A stretch of 64,000 nucleotides of DNA from an uncultured Pelagibacteraceae bacterium (GCA_902581775.1 CACHPJ010000001.1:90715-154714); one strand, 5' to 3'. Positions 10,020 through 20,989 are shown, numbered from the stretch's first letter. The notes: a model not told the origin generated them from the letters alone. Program-made: numbers and translations.

Positions 10020-11582
10020 ATGAGTCAAGAGACTAATAAAGATAAAATCATAATTATTGATTTTGGATCTCAAGTTACAAAACTAATAGCCAGAAGAATA
10101 AGAGAGGAACAAGTTTTTTGCGAAATAGTAAAAATAGATGAATTAAAAAAAAAAAATTTCTTAAAAAATGTAAAAGGTATAATTTTATCTGGAGGACCAG
10201 CAACGGTAACTAAAAGTAAATTTCCACAAATCCCAAGTCATGTTTTTAACAGTAAAATACCAATATTAGGCATTTGTTATGGTCTTCAATTAATCGCAAA
10301 ACATTTTAAAGGCAAAATTAAACTTGGAAAAAATAAAAGAGAATTTGGGAAAATGGAAATTACAAAGAACTCAAACTCTTTATTAACCAATAATTTTTTT
10401 AAAAATAATAAATCTATAGTTTGGATGAGTCATCAAGATATTGTTTATAAAATTCCAAAAGGATTTAAAAAGATTGCTTATACTAATAATTCACCCTTAA
10501 CAATTATTGAAAATGCTGGTAAAAAAATTTATGGCGTTCAATTCCATCCAGAGGTAACTCATACAATTTATGGAAAAAAGATAATTAAAAATTTCATTTT
10601 TTCTATATGCAAAATCCAAAAAAATTGGAAAATAAATATTGAAAAAAATATAATTATAGAAAACATAAAAAAAACTGTAGGTAACAAAAAAGTAATTTGC
10701 GCTTTGTCAGGTGGAGTTGATAGCAGCGTTGCCGCTTTACTAATTCAAAAGGCAATTAAAAAAAACCTAAAATGTATTATGGTTGACACTGGATTGATGA
10801 GAAAAGATGAGTTTAAAAATACTTATAAAATATTTAAAAATAAATATAAAATGAATGTAAAAATAGTTAAAGCTGCAAATATTTTTTTAAAAAAATTAAA
10901 AGACATAAAAAATCCCGAAAAAAAAAGAAAAATTATAGGCAATCTTTTTATTAAGATTTTTGAAAAAGAGGCAAAAAAAATTAAAAAAGTTGAATTTTTG
11001 GCTCAAGGAACGTTATACCCGGATATCATTGAAAGTAGATCTGCAACTGGTAGCAAAACATCTAAAATTAAATCTCATCATAATGTAGGAGGACTTCCAA
11101 AAAAAATGAATTTAAAGCTTTTAGAACCACTCAAGGATTTTTTCAAAGATGAAGTAAGAATTTTAGGAAAATCTATCGGATTAGTAAATGAAATTTTGTA
11201 TAAACACCCTTTTCCGGGTCCAGGATTGGCAATAAGAATAATAGGAAAAATTAATTTACAAAAAATTAAAATGTTACAAGAGGCCGATGATATTTTTATA
11301 AATGAACTAAATAAATTTAATCTTTATGATAAAATTTGGCAAGCTTACGCTGCCTTACTCCCAATAAAAACTGTTGGGGTTATGGGTGATAGCAGAACAT
11401 ACGAAAACTTATGTTTAATTAGGGCTGTAAAATCTGAAGATGGAATGAGTGCTGATTATTATAGTTTTAATAAAGAAGTTTTAGACGAAATATCTAATAA
11501 AATTATTAATAGAGTTAAAGGAATTAATAGAGTAGTTTATGATATAACTTCGAAACCTCCAGGGACTATTGAACTTGAATGA
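10020..11582 (+). CDS. guaA: GMP synthase (glutamine-hydrolysing)
   Basis: [47 protein letters not shown]. Confidence 0.98.
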   Translation: MSQETNKDKIIIIDFGSQVTKLIARRIREEQVFCEIVKIDELKKKNFLKNVKGIILSGGPATVTKSKFPQIPSHVFNSKIPILGICYGLQLIAKHFKGKIKLGKNKREFGKMEITKNSNSLLTNNFFKNNKSIVWMSHQDIVYKIPKGFKKIAYTNNSPLTIIENAGKKIYGVQFHPEVTHTIYGKKIIKNFIFSICKIQKNWKINIEKNIIIENIKKTVGNKKVICALSGGVDSSVAALLIQKAIKKNLKCIMVDTGLMRKDEFKNTYKIFKNKYKMNVKIVKAANIFLKKLKDIKNPEKKRKIIGNLFIKIFEKEAKKIKKVEFLAQGTLYPDIIESRSATGSKTSKIKSHHNVGGLPKKMNLKLLEPLKDFFKDEVRILGKSIGLVNEILYKHPFPGPGLAIRIIGKINLQKIKMLQEADDIFINELNKFNLYDKIWQAYAALLPIKTVGVMGDSRTYENLCLIRAVKSEDGMSADYYSFNKEVLDEISNKIINRVKGINRVVYDITSKPPGTIELE

Positions 11583-12355
11583 AAAATCATAAGATAAATA
11601 TTTTAAAGAATAAAAAAAACAAAAAAAAGATAGTCTGCTTAACTTCATATTCTAAAGCAATTACAAAAATAATTGATAAGTATTGTGACATAGTATTAGT
11701 AGGAGACTCTTTGGGAAACGTGTTATATGGATTAAACAACACCCACACCGTATCCCTTAAAACAATGATAAATCACGCAAAGAGTGTAAGCAAAGGAATA
11801 AAACAATCTTTATTTGTAGTTGATATGCCAAAAAATACTTATAACAATATTAATAGTGCAAAAAAAAACGCGAAAGAAATTATTAGAAAGACTAATTGCG
11901 ATGCTATTAAAATAGAAAGTAATAATAAGAATTATTCAATAATAAATAGCTTAGTAAATTCAAATATAAATGTAATGGGACACATAGGTTATACCCCGCA
12001 ATATAAAAAAAAGTTTAATATAGCGGGATTAACTAAAAATGACGAAAAAAAATTAATATCAGAAGCTTTGCAGATTGAGAGAGCAGGAGCATTCTCAATT
12101 GTTCTAGAATGCATTTCTTCTAAAACATCTCAGAAAATAACTGAACAATTAAAAATACCAACAATTGGCATTGGCTCTTCAAAAAATTGTGATGGTCAAA
12201 TTTTGGTGACAGACGATATGTTAGGCCTTAGTGGCTTTTACCCAAAATTTGTAAAAAAATATGCTAATTTAAAAAAAGAAATTGAAAAAGGTGTTAAAAA
12301 TTATAGAAAAGATATTATAAATAAAAAATTTCCAAGGAATGAGAATAGCTACTAA
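11579..12355 (+). CDS. panB: 3-methyl-2-oxobutanoate hydroxymethyltransferase
   Basis: LVGDSLG, VVDMP, MGHIG, PTIGIG...DGQILV.DDMLG. Confidence 0.93.
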   Translation: MKNHKINILKNKKNKKKIVCLTSYSKAITKIIDKYCDIVLVGDSLGNVLYGLNNTHTVSLKTMINHAKSVSKGIKQSLFVVDMPKNTYNNINSAKKNAKEIIRKTNCDAIKIESNNKNYSIINSLVNSNINVMGHIGYTPQYKKKFNIAGLTKNDEKKLISEALQIERAGAFSIVLECISSKTSQKITEQLKIPTIGIGSSKNCDGQILVTDDMLGLSGFYPKFVKKYANLKKEIEKGVKNYRKDIINKKFPRNENSY

Positions 12356-12937
12356 ATGAGCGATCAAGAAATAATTAATAATTCAAGGTTACAAATAATT
12401 TTATCCTTATTAAAAAAAAATTTTAAAAAATTAATTATATTTTCAATAATTATAATTACATTATTAGTAGGGTTTTATGTATTTAAAAATTATCAAAAAA
12501 AAATCACTTTAAAAATTTCAGAAGACTATATTATTGCTAAAAGTCTGATAAATAAAAATAATAATATTAAAGCAAAAGAGATTTTACTAAATATTATTGA
12601 AAAAAAACATAAATTTTATTCTCCCTCATCATTATATATTTTGATCGACAATAATATTATTAAAGATAAAAAAATAATAATAGCATCATTTGATAAGATA
12701 ATAGGAATTAGAAGTCTTGAAGTTGAAAATAGAAATTTAATAAAAATAAAAAAGGCTTTATTTTTATTTAAAAATGGATCTGAGAAAGAAATATTAGAAA
12801 CGTTAAATCCAGTAATAAATTCTGATTCTGTTTGGAAAGCCCAAGCTATTCAAATTATGGGTGATTATTTTAAGAGTAATGGTGAAAATAAAAAATCCAA
12901 GGAGTATTACAATCTTTTAAAAATTACAAAGAATTAA
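12356..12937 (+). CDS. Membrane-anchored TPR-like protein (YfgM/DUF2659-like)
   Basis: Single N-terminal TM helix then helical domain; directly upstream of a BamB-like gene as in other proteobacteria. Confidence 0.6.
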   Translation: MSDQEIINNSRLQIILSLLKKNFKKLIIFSIIIITLLVGFYVFKNYQKKITLKISEDYIIAKSLINKNNNIKAKEILLNIIEKKHKFYSPSSLYILIDNNIIKDKKIIIASFDKIIGIRSLEVENRNLIKIKKALFLFKNGSEKEILETLNPVINSDSVWKAQAIQIMGDYFKSNGENKKSKEYYNLLKITKN

Positions 12938-12941
12938 GAAA

Positions 12942-14249
12942 ATGAAAATCTTTTATAATTTTTCAATTCTTTTTGTTTTATTTACAGCCTGCTCCTTTGA
13001 TAATAAAACAGGTATATGGAAAGATGCAACTAAGGAAGAGCTAAGTGTATTATTATCAAAAAGTCAAAAAACTTTATTTAACAAAGAAATTCAAAATAAA
13101 GATAAAATTATTAAACTTGAAGATGAAAAAAAATTAGTAAGTTGGCAATTTAGTAATTATACTATTTCAAACAAAATACCTAATGTAACTTTTTCAGACA
13201 GCAAGATTATTACAAAATTGAGTTCTAGATTATCTCGTTCCGTTAAAAAAGACGAAATTTTTTATTATAAAGATAATTTAATATCTTTTGATCATAAAGG
13301 TACAATTTTTGTCTTTTCAACAACAAGTAATCAAAAAATTTTTGAATATAACTTTTATAAAAAAAACTTCAAAAATAGAGAAAAAAAGTTATCAATAGCG
13401 ATACAAAAAGATACAATTTTTGTATCTGACAATTTTGGTTACTTATATTCATTAGATATAAAAAAAAAGAAAATCAAATGGGCAAAAAATTTTGGAATTC
13501 CGTTTAGGTCAAACATTAAGATAATAGATGACATCTTAATTTTAGCTAATCAAGAAAATATATTGTACGGAATTAATGTAAATAATGGTGATAAAATTTG
13601 GGAGTTAGCAACTAACTTTAAATTATTAAAATCAAAATTCATAAATAGTATCGCAATAGGAGATGGAGATGTTTACTTTTTAAATACAAGTGGTGAATTA
13701 TATTCAATTAATCTTATAAATAATAATATAAATTGGGTACAAAATTTTTCAAATAAATTTTCTTCAGGTGGGTCTGAAATTTTTATAAGTAACTCAATAA
13801 TCGTATCAGAAAATAATATTATAGTTACTACTAATGAAGCACTGTATCAAGTTGACTCTAAATCAGGAAATAGAAATTTATCCATGAACCTTGTAACTGA
13901 GATCCAACCATTGGTGACTGAAGAAAATATTATAATATTTACAAAAAATAAATTTTTAATATGCATAGACAGATTAAGTGGTGAAATTATTTGGTCAAAA
14001 AATTTTATTAAACAACTTATTGATATTAAAAAAAAGTTTAAAATAGGAAAAATAGATAGTATTTATGCAGCTAATAATAATTTAATAATAATTTCGCGGA
14101 ACGGCTATTTATTGAAATTAAGTTTCAATAGTGGAGAAATTTTAGAAATTGTTAAATTTTTAAAAAAAGATTTAGGGAGTAATCCTATTTTTGTAAATAA
14201 TAAAATTTTCAGCCTTGACGCAAAAAAAAACCTTTTTGAATATAGATAA
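12942..14249 (+). CDS. PQQ-like beta-propeller lipoprotein (BamB-like)
   Basis: Lipobox-like FTAC; repeated G.LY.LD....I.W / GD.IW / SGEIIW blades. Confidence 0.75.
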   Translation: MKIFYNFSILFVLFTACSFDNKTGIWKDATKEELSVLLSKSQKTLFNKEIQNKDKIIKLEDEKKLVSWQFSNYTISNKIPNVTFSDSKIITKLSSRLSRSVKKDEIFYYKDNLISFDHKGTIFVFSTTSNQKIFEYNFYKKNFKNREKKLSIAIQKDTIFVSDNFGYLYSLDIKKKKIKWAKNFGIPFRSNIKIIDDILILANQENILYGINVNNGDKIWELATNFKLLKSKFINSIAIGDGDVYFLNTSGELYSINLINNNINWVQNFSNKFSSGGSEIFISNSIIVSENNIIVTTNEALYQVDSKSGNRNLSMNLVTEIQPLVTEENIIIFTKNKFLICIDRLSGEIIWSKNFIKQLIDIKKKFKIGKIDSIYAANNNLIIISRNGYLLKLSFNSGEILEIVKFLKKDLGSNPIFVNNKIFSLDAKKNLFEYR

Positions 14250-15701
14250 TTAATTATTAGATTTACCACTCAATAGTGATAACTGAGTAATTTTTCCTTC
14301 CCCTAATTGATCAGCAGGTTTTACAGGATATTCTCCAGTAAAATAGTGATCACTAAATTGAGGATACGAGTCATTTCTTTTGTCATAACCCAGCGCTTTA
14401 TACAATCCCCTCAAACTTAAAAATTTTAATGTTTTTGCACCTATATGTTTACACATCTCTTCATTATTCTTTCCAAAAGCCAACAACTCTTCTTTTGTGG
14501 GCATATCAACACCATAAAAATCTGGAAAAATAATTTCTGGGCAAGCTATTCTAGCATGTACTTCACTCGCCCCAGCGTCATAAAGCATTTTTACAATTTT
14601 GTTACAGGTAGTTCCTCTTACTAAAGAGTCATCAATTAAAATTATTTTTTTGTTCTTAATCATTGTTCGAGTTGAACTCAATTTTAATTTTACCCCCAAA
14701 CTTCTTATACTTTGTGCTGGCTCAATGAAAGTTCTTCCCACATAATGATTTCGAATTAGTCCAAGTTCAAAATTCTTTTTGGTAAATTGAGAGTATCCTA
14801 TAGCTGCCGGGACTCCAGAGTCAGGCACTGGAACTACTAAATCTGACTCTATATCGGCTTCTTTTGCTAATTCAATACCCAAATTTTTTCTATATTCATA
14901 AGCACACTTGTTATTTATTATACTGTCTGGTCTAGCAAAATAAATATATTCAAACACACATGGTCTTGGTTTTCGTTTAGGAAATGGCTTAAAGCTTTTT
15001 AACTTTTTGTCCTCTACTACCACTATTTCACCGTTTTCAACTTCTCTAATAAATTTTGCTCCTACTATGTCCAAGGCACAAGTTTCTGAGGCAAAAATAA
15101 AGGACTCATTAAGTTTACCAATAACTAAAGGTCTTATTCCAAAAGGATCTCTTACACCAATTAGTTTTTTATTAGTCATCATTATTAGAGAATAGCCTCC
15201 TTGAATTTGAAACAAGGCATCTATAATTTTATCCATCATTTTTTCTCTTTTAGACTTAGCAATTAATTGAACTATCGTTTCAGTATCGCTAGTTGTTCTA
15301 AAAATTGCCCCATCTCTAACCAAAACATCTCTTAAAGATAGAGCATTTGTTAGATTTCCATTATGGGAAACACTAATACCTCCTCCATGAAGATCAGCAA
15401 AGAAAGGCTGAATGTTTCTTAAAGAAGTCTCACCAGTTGTTGAATATCGATTATGTCCTATTGCAAATTCACCAGGTAATTTGTTTATAATATTAGTTTT
15501 AGTAAAATGATCTCCTACTAAGCCCTGTCTTTTTTCTGAGTGATAGTTTTTACCATCGTAAGATACTATACCGCAACCCTCCTGACCCCTATGTTGAAGC
15601 GCATGAAGACCTAGCGCCACCATAGCAGCTGCATCTGAATAATTTGATATTCCAAATATTCCGCATTCTTCTCTAAGCTTGTCCAATCTAAATTTTTTCA
15701 A
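14250..15701 (-). CDS. purF: Amidophosphoribosyltransferase (propeptide type)
   Basis: LREE-CGIFG, LQHRGQE, GHNRYSTTG, CVFEYIYFARPDS, LIDDSLVRGTT; start likely TTG 15701 (AGGA 5 nt upstream) or TTG 15686. Confidence 0.96.
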   Translation of the reverse strand: MKKFRLDKLREECGIFGISNYSDAAAMVALGLHALQHRGQEGCGIVSYDGKNYHSEKRQGLVGDHFTKTNIINKLPGEFAIGHNRYSTTGETSLRNIQPFFADLHGGGISVSHNGNLTNALSLRDVLVRDGAIFRTTSDTETIVQLIAKSKREKMMDKIIDALFQIQGGYSLIMMTNKKLIGVRDPFGIRPLVIGKLNESFIFASETCALDIVGAKFIREVENGEIVVVEDKKLKSFKPFPKRKPRPCVFEYIYFARPDSIINNKCAYEYRKNLGIELAKEADIESDLVVPVPDSGVPAAIGYSQFTKKNFELGLIRNHYVGRTFIEPAQSIRSLGVKLKLSSTRTMIKNKKIILIDDSLVRGTTCNKIVKMLYDAGASEVHARIACPEIIFPDFYGVDMPTKEELLAFGKNNEEMCKHIGAKTLKFLSLRGLYKALGYDKRNDSYPQFSDHYFTGEYPVKPADQLGEGKITQLSLLSGKSNN

Positions 15702-16236
15702 TTTTTTCCTTTGTGTCCTTAAACTCCTCATTTTTTGGAAATTCTTCAATTAAAACTTCACTACCTACTTTTACTATATTAAATGACATTGCATTTTCAA
15801 CAGAATTATACCAATTTTGATATGGATAAAACCAATTTAAAATTGTGAACAAACAAACAGAAACTGCATAACCCCTAAATACACCAAATAAAAAACCAAA
15901 AGATTTATCTATGGAACCTAGTCCTGTCCAAGTTACAGTTCTACTAAATGCTTTACCAATTAAAATAATTATAAATAATGAAAAAATAAAAATAAAAATA
16001 CCGAGTCCAATGCTATTAATAAACTCAGACTCTACGTATTCACCAACCCAAGGTTGGAGTTTAGGTACTGCGATAATTGTAACAATCAAAGACAACACCC
16101 ACTTCATAAAAGATATAAAACTAAGAGAAAAACCTTTTAACGCACATGTTAACATGCTGTAAATCATAATTACCAAAAACACAGTATCAAAAAGATTAAA
16201 TTTATCGTTAAAAAAATCTAAAAAAACCTCAAACAT
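15688..16236 (-). CDS. cvpA: CvpA family membrane protein
   Basis: Hydrophobic; LGSIDKSFGFLFGVFRG motif; directly upstream of purF. Confidence 0.88.
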   Translation of the reverse strand: MFEVFLDFFNDKFNLFDTVFLVIMIYSMLTCALKGFSLSFISFMKWVLSLIVTIIAVPKLQPWVGEYVESEFINSIGLGIFIFIFSLFIIILIGKAFSRTVTWTGLGSIDKSFGFLFGVFRGYAVSVCLFTILNWFYPYQNWYNSVENAMSFNIVKVGSEVLIEEFPKNEEFKDTKEKIEKI

Positions 16237-16241
16237 CTATA

Positions 16242-18704
16242 TTATTTTTCATTACTAAATGGTTTTAGAATTAATATTAATTTAGGCAATAAAGTTAAAA
16301 CAGATAGTAAAGCTAGCAACATTGCAATGCCAGTGAATATTCCAAAATAAATAGTAGGAATAAAATTTGAAAGAACTAATATTGAAAATCCAAAAATAAT
16401 TGTTATTGATGTATTTAAAATAGCTACTCCGACTGTTTTATGGCATCTATCTAAAGTAAGTTTATAATCATTAAATTTTGCATACTCTTCCTTAAATCTA
16501 TAAATATAATGTATACTATTATCAACAGCTATCCCTATTGTTATTGCGGCAATAGTAATTGTCATCATATCCAACGGAATTTCTAATATACCTATTATTC
16601 CTAGAATAAATAAAGCAGCTAAAAAATTAGGAACAACACCTATAAAAGCAAGGATAATATTTTTAAATAAAATTAGAAACATTAGAGAAATACCTAACAT
16701 TACTATTCCCAAAGTTAATATTTGAGATTTAAAAAGACTTTGAAGTAAATTATTAAATAAAATTAAAACCCCAGCTAATTTAAATTCATCCTTCTCTAAT
16801 CCCAATTTTGAATTAATATCTTTATTTATCTTTTTTATTAGATCATTTCTTCTTAAATCTTTCAGAGAGTCTTTTATTCTTACACTTATTCTAGCCTCAT
16901 CATTTTCTACTGATATATAAGGTGATACAATTTCTTTCTTAATGCTATCTGGAATTTTACTATATAAGACTGCAATTTCCAGACTTTGCAATTTTTTTTT
17001 GTTAAGATCATCAGCAACTCTTATGATTGAACCAAATGATAAAACTTTTCCAATTTCAGGCAAAGAGTCTAAATAATCGTGAACTTTATTAATTTTATCA
17101 ATTTTATCTCTAGTAAACCAGTAAGTTTCTTTTTCTTTATTTTCTTCTTCATCCCATTCTGCGAATTCGTCATCAGTCTCAGTAGAATTATTTTCTATAG
17201 TGGGAAATTTAATAATAATATCCAAAGGAGTTGTACCACCTAAATCATCATCAATTTTTTTCATACCTTTGTATATCTCGGTCTTTTTATCAAAATAATT
17301 TATAAAACTATTTTCTACCTCCAATTTAGATATTCCAAAAATACTTAGAATTATTATAATTGTTGTCGCTCCAAAAATAGTTTTAGTTTTATCTTTTGAA
17401 AAATTTGCTAAAGACATTGTAATTTTAGAGTTTTGAGATTCCTTAACTCTAATCTCACCGCTATTTGCAAAAATATTTAATAATGAGGGTATTAATAAAA
17501 AGGTTACCGTAATTGATATGCTTAAACCCATTGTCATCATCCACCCAAAATCTATAATTGGTTTAATACCGCTAAAAATTAGTGATAGAAAAGCACAAAT
17601 TGTTGTTAAAACAGTATAGAGAATAGGTAAAATCATTTTTTTACACGCTTCAAAAATAACGTCTTTGTTACTTAGTTCAGGAAATTCTTTTTTCAATTGA
17701 ATGTACCGCACTGTTAAATGAATGTTCATCGCCATATTTAAAATTAACATTAATGCAATAAAATTTGATGAAATAACTGTTACCTTCCAACCAACAAGAC
17801 CTAATAGACCAATCATAATAGCCACGGATATAGAACAGCCCATTAAAGGCATTAATACCCATTTAATATTTTTAAAAATAAACCACAAAGTAATAATAAT
17901 AAAAATAAAAACACCTAAACCGAAAACTGTTATATCATTTTTAATAAAAGTCATCATATCATCAGATATCATAGGAATTCCTCCAAGATGAACTTTTGCA
18001 TCATCTGAATATTTTTTTATAACTTCTCTAATTTCATTTATATTTTGATGATTTTTTTGATTATATATATTTTTATAATTTTCATAATCTTTCAAAAAAA
18101 TTTTATACTTTTCTTTGTCCTCTTTTGTAAAATTCCCACTTAATGATTGATCGTAATATTGATTTTTAAGTTTTATAAATTGGTTTAATTTTTTATCTTT
18201 TTTTAAATAAACTACTATCCCAGAGGTTTTTCCATCTTTGCTAATAACATAATCTTTGTAAATCGGGCTATTCAAAATCTCTTCAAATCCTCTTTTTTTA
18301 TCAATGTCAGGATATGCAAGTGTTTTAAAATTCTTAAGTCGATCCATTAATGGTTCATCTGTACTTTTTAATAAAGGAACATCTATAATAGTGATCACGC
18401 TCTCTACCCAGGATAATTTTTCAATCTTGGATTTTAAAAATTGAAGATTAATAATTGTTTCCTCGTCTGAAAAGCTTAAAATTGGACTATAAGTAAGTAC
18501 TAAAAAATCTTTTGATCCGTATCTTTCATTGATTTCTCTTAAAAATTTAAGATCTTTATCTCCTTCTATTAATAAAGCATCTGATGAAGCATCCAGTTTA
18601 AAATTTTTAGCTTGAATGAGAAAAAAACATAAAATTATTATTATGAGACCTAGAGTAAATTTTGAATAATCTAATACAAGTTTTTTATAAATATTAGGTA
18701 TCAT
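16242..18704 (-). CDS. MMPL/RND-superfamily transporter
   Basis: Two repeats of TM + periplasmic domain + TM bundle; GIAVDNSIH in the second half; no fusion-protein gene adjacent. Confidence 0.88.
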   Translation of the reverse strand: MIPNIYKKLVLDYSKFTLGLIIIILCFFLIQAKNFKLDASSDALLIEGDKDLKFLREINERYGSKDFLVLTYSPILSFSDEETIINLQFLKSKIEKLSWVESVITIIDVPLLKSTDEPLMDRLKNFKTLAYPDIDKKRGFEEILNSPIYKDYVISKDGKTSGIVVYLKKDKKLNQFIKLKNQYYDQSLSGNFTKEDKEKYKIFLKDYENYKNIYNQKNHQNINEIREVIKKYSDDAKVHLGGIPMISDDMMTFIKNDITVFGLGVFIFIIITLWFIFKNIKWVLMPLMGCSISVAIMIGLLGLVGWKVTVISSNFIALMLILNMAMNIHLTVRYIQLKKEFPELSNKDVIFEACKKMILPILYTVLTTICAFLSLIFSGIKPIIDFGWMMTMGLSISITVTFLLIPSLLNIFANSGEIRVKESQNSKITMSLANFSKDKTKTIFGATTIIIILSIFGISKLEVENSFINYFDKKTEIYKGMKKIDDDLGGTTPLDIIIKFPTIENNSTETDDEFAEWDEEENKEKETYWFTRDKIDKINKVHDYLDSLPEIGKVLSFGSIIRVADDLNKKKLQSLEIAVLYSKIPDSIKKEIVSPYISVENDEARISVRIKDSLKDLRRNDLIKKINKDINSKLGLEKDEFKLAGVLILFNNLLQSLFKSQILTLGIVMLGISLMFLILFKNIILAFIGVVPNFLAALFILGIIGILEIPLDMMTITIAAITIGIAVDNSIHYIYRFKEEYAKFNDYKLTLDRCHKTVGVAILNTSITIIFGFSILVLSNFIPTIYFGIFTGIAMLLALLSVLTLLPKLILILKPFSNEK

Positions 18705-18754
18705 CGATAATTTCAGGTATACCTTAAATCACGAATAAAAAAAGAAAAATTAAA

Positions 18755-20179
18755 CTAATTTTTTGTTAAATCTTTAAACCTTGTATACATTCCCTCAAAC
18801 TCGACCTGTATATTACCAGTTGGACCATGTCTTTGTTTTCCAATAATTATATCTGCTAGTCCATTTATGTCATTCATTTTTGACTGCCATTCAGCATGCT
18901 CTATCGATCCTAATTTGGGTTGTTTTTTTTCAAGATAATATTCTTCTCTGTAAACAAACATTACTACATCGGCATCTTGTTCTATTGAACCCGATTCTCT
19001 TAAATCAGATAATTGCGGTATCTTATCATCTCTTTGCTCAACAGCTCTTGAAAGCTGAGACAATGCTAAAACTGGAACACTCAATTCTTTTGCTAAGGCT
19101 TTCAACCCCTGGGTAATTTCTGAAATTTCTTGAACCCTTCCATCATTTTTTCGTGAGTTAGTCCTCATTAACTGAATGTAATCAACCACAATTAAGTTTA
19201 AACCAAACAATCTTTTTAACCTCCTAGCTCTATTACTTAGCGCTGAAATAGTGATAGCTGGTGTTTCATCAATATATAAAGGTAAATCATAAATATTTCT
19301 CGAAACTTCAATATATTTATTTAATTGTTCCTCTGAAGCTTTACCTCGTCTTATATCATTAGATTTTATTCTAGATTGTTCAGACAAAATTCTCGTTGAT
19401 AATTGTTCAGAAGACATTTCAAGCGAAAAAAAAGCAACAGAAGTTTTTTCTCCGTTTTTAAAAATTTGTTTTGCAGCGTGGTATGCAATGTTTGTTGCAA
19501 GAGCTGTCTTTCCCATAGAAGGCCTGCCTGCAATTATAACTAAATCTGATTTATGCAATCCTCCAAGTTTTTCATCTAGATCAGTAAGACCAGTTGGCAC
19601 CCCAACAATTCCTTGATCACTCTGCATAGCTTGAGTAGCCATTTCTATAGTTTGATCTAAAGCTTGATTAAACTTCATATAGGATTGAGAAAAATTACCT
19701 CTTTCAGCTAATTGATATAAGAATTGTTCAGCCTCTTCTATAATATTTTCCCCAGTTTTATCAGTTTTATCGTCGTGAGATTCTTCAGCTATTTTTTCTG
19801 CAATAGAAATTAATTCTCTTTTTAAATGTGATTCATGAATTACTTTTGCATAATCAACTGCTTGTTTTATAGAAGAAGAAAATCTTGTTAACTTGACAAG
19901 ATAATCTACTCCACCTACCTCATTAAGACTGTTATCATTTTCAAAATAATTCTTTAGGGTGATAGGATTAGCTATCATTCCTTTATTATTTAAATTTTCA
20001 ATTACATCATAAATCTTTTTATGTATTGGATCAAAAAATTTAGCTGAATTTATTAAATTAGATATATCATCAATAATATCATTATTAACTAAAACAGAAC
20101 CTATTAAGGCTTGTTCAGCTTCAATATTGGAAGGTAATTTTTTTTCAATATTACTGACATTAAGTTTAACTTCTTCCAT
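18755..20179 (-). CDS. dnaB: Replicative DNA helicase
   Basis: EAEQALIG, GRPSMGKT, FSLEMS, VVDYIQL, LSQLSR, DLRESGSIEQDAD, KQRHGP; no intein. Confidence 0.99.
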   Translation of the reverse strand: MEEVKLNVSNIEKKLPSNIEAEQALIGSVLVNNDIIDDISNLINSAKFFDPIHKKIYDVIENLNNKGMIANPITLKNYFENDNSLNEVGGVDYLVKLTRFSSSIKQAVDYAKVIHESHLKRELISIAEKIAEESHDDKTDKTGENIIEEAEQFLYQLAERGNFSQSYMKFNQALDQTIEMATQAMQSDQGIVGVPTGLTDLDEKLGGLHKSDLVIIAGRPSMGKTALATNIAYHAAKQIFKNGEKTSVAFFSLEMSSEQLSTRILSEQSRIKSNDIRRGKASEEQLNKYIEVSRNIYDLPLYIDETPAITISALSNRARRLKRLFGLNLIVVDYIQLMRTNSRKNDGRVQEISEITQGLKALAKELSVPVLALSQLSRAVEQRDDKIPQLSDLRESGSIEQDADVVMFVYREEYYLEKKQPKLGSIEHAEWQSKMNDINGLADIIIGKQRHGPTGNIQVEFEGMYTRFKDLTKN

Positions 20180-20241
20180 CTCAGTATATTAATACTAATT
20201 TCTTTAAAAAAAATTAAAACTTACACACTCTTTTTTCAACC

Positions 20242-20250
20242 TGTGGAAAA
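20242..20250 (-). promoter_or_regulatory. Candidate DnaA box upstream of dnaB
   Basis: TTTTCCACA on minus strand fits TTWTNCACA; lies in the 74-nt rplI-dnaB spacer. Confidence 0.4.
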
Positions 20251-20253
20251 AGT

Positions 20254-20715
20254 TTATTTATTTGACGATTTAATTTTTTCAACAACCACTGTTACTTTTG
20301 CAGCTACTTCGTCGAATAAATTAATTACTATTTTGTATGACCCGATTTTATCTATTTCTTTTCTTAAATCTATTTGTGAAGGACTAATTTCGACTTTTAA
20401 AACTGATTTGAAAAGATTAGATACTTCTTTAGGTTTTATAGATCCGTAGAGATCACCATTCTCTTTAGACTCTTTTGAAAATTTAATTGTTTTATTATTA
20501 ATTTTACTTGCTATATCTTTAAATTGTTTTTTAATTTCGTTATTTTTTTTATTTAAACTTTCCTTTTTTTTATTAACAAAATCAATATTCTCTTTGTTAG
20601 CCCTAAGTGCTTTTCCAGTTTTAAGAAGAAAGTTTCTTCCATATCCATTTTTTACTTCAACTTGATCTCCAATTTTGCCGAGTTTTAATATATTTTCTAA
20701 TAGTATTAATTGCAT
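20254..20715 (-). CDS. rplI: 50S ribosomal protein L9
   Basis: LGKIGDQVEVKNGYGRNFL, LYGSI; follows rpsF-rpsR. Confidence 0.97.
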   Translation of the reverse strand: MQLILLENILKLGKIGDQVEVKNGYGRNFLLKTGKALRANKENIDFVNKKKESLNKKNNEIKKQFKDIASKINNKTIKFSKESKENGDLYGSIKPKEVSNLFKSVLKVEISPSQIDLRKEIDKIGSYKIVINLFDEVAAKVTVVVEKIKSSNK

Positions 20716-20716
20716 T

Positions 20717-20989
20717 TTATATAAGAGCTAAGATTTTTGCTTTTTTTATTTCGCTCGTGAGTTTTTTTTGTTTACCTTGAGATACTGATGTAATTCTAGA
20801 CGGAAGTATTTTTGAATTGTCGGAAACATATCTTTTTAAAAGTTTAACATTCTTATAATCGATAGCAGGAGCGTCTTTTCCTGATAGAGGACATTTTTTT
20901 GAAAATCTACTTTCACTTTTTTGAAATAAGCTTAACTTATTAAGAGGGTTTTGAGATTTTTTCTGAAATTTTCTATTTTTTCTCTTCAT
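20717..20989 (-). CDS. rpsR: 30S ribosomal protein S18
   Basis: [19 protein letters not shown]...[10 protein letters not shown]...AIKKAK-like end ([11 protein letters not shown]). Confidence 0.95.
   Translation of the reverse strand: MKRKNRKFQKKSQNPLNKLSLFQKSESRFSKKCPLSGKDAPAIDYKNVKLLKRYVSDNSKILPSRITSVSQGKQKKLTSEIKKAKILALI

Noticed and set aside
15702-15749. Longer PurF N-terminus from the ORF track
   Set aside because: Lies deep in cvpA; TTG 15701 has an SD and gives a normal-length propeptide
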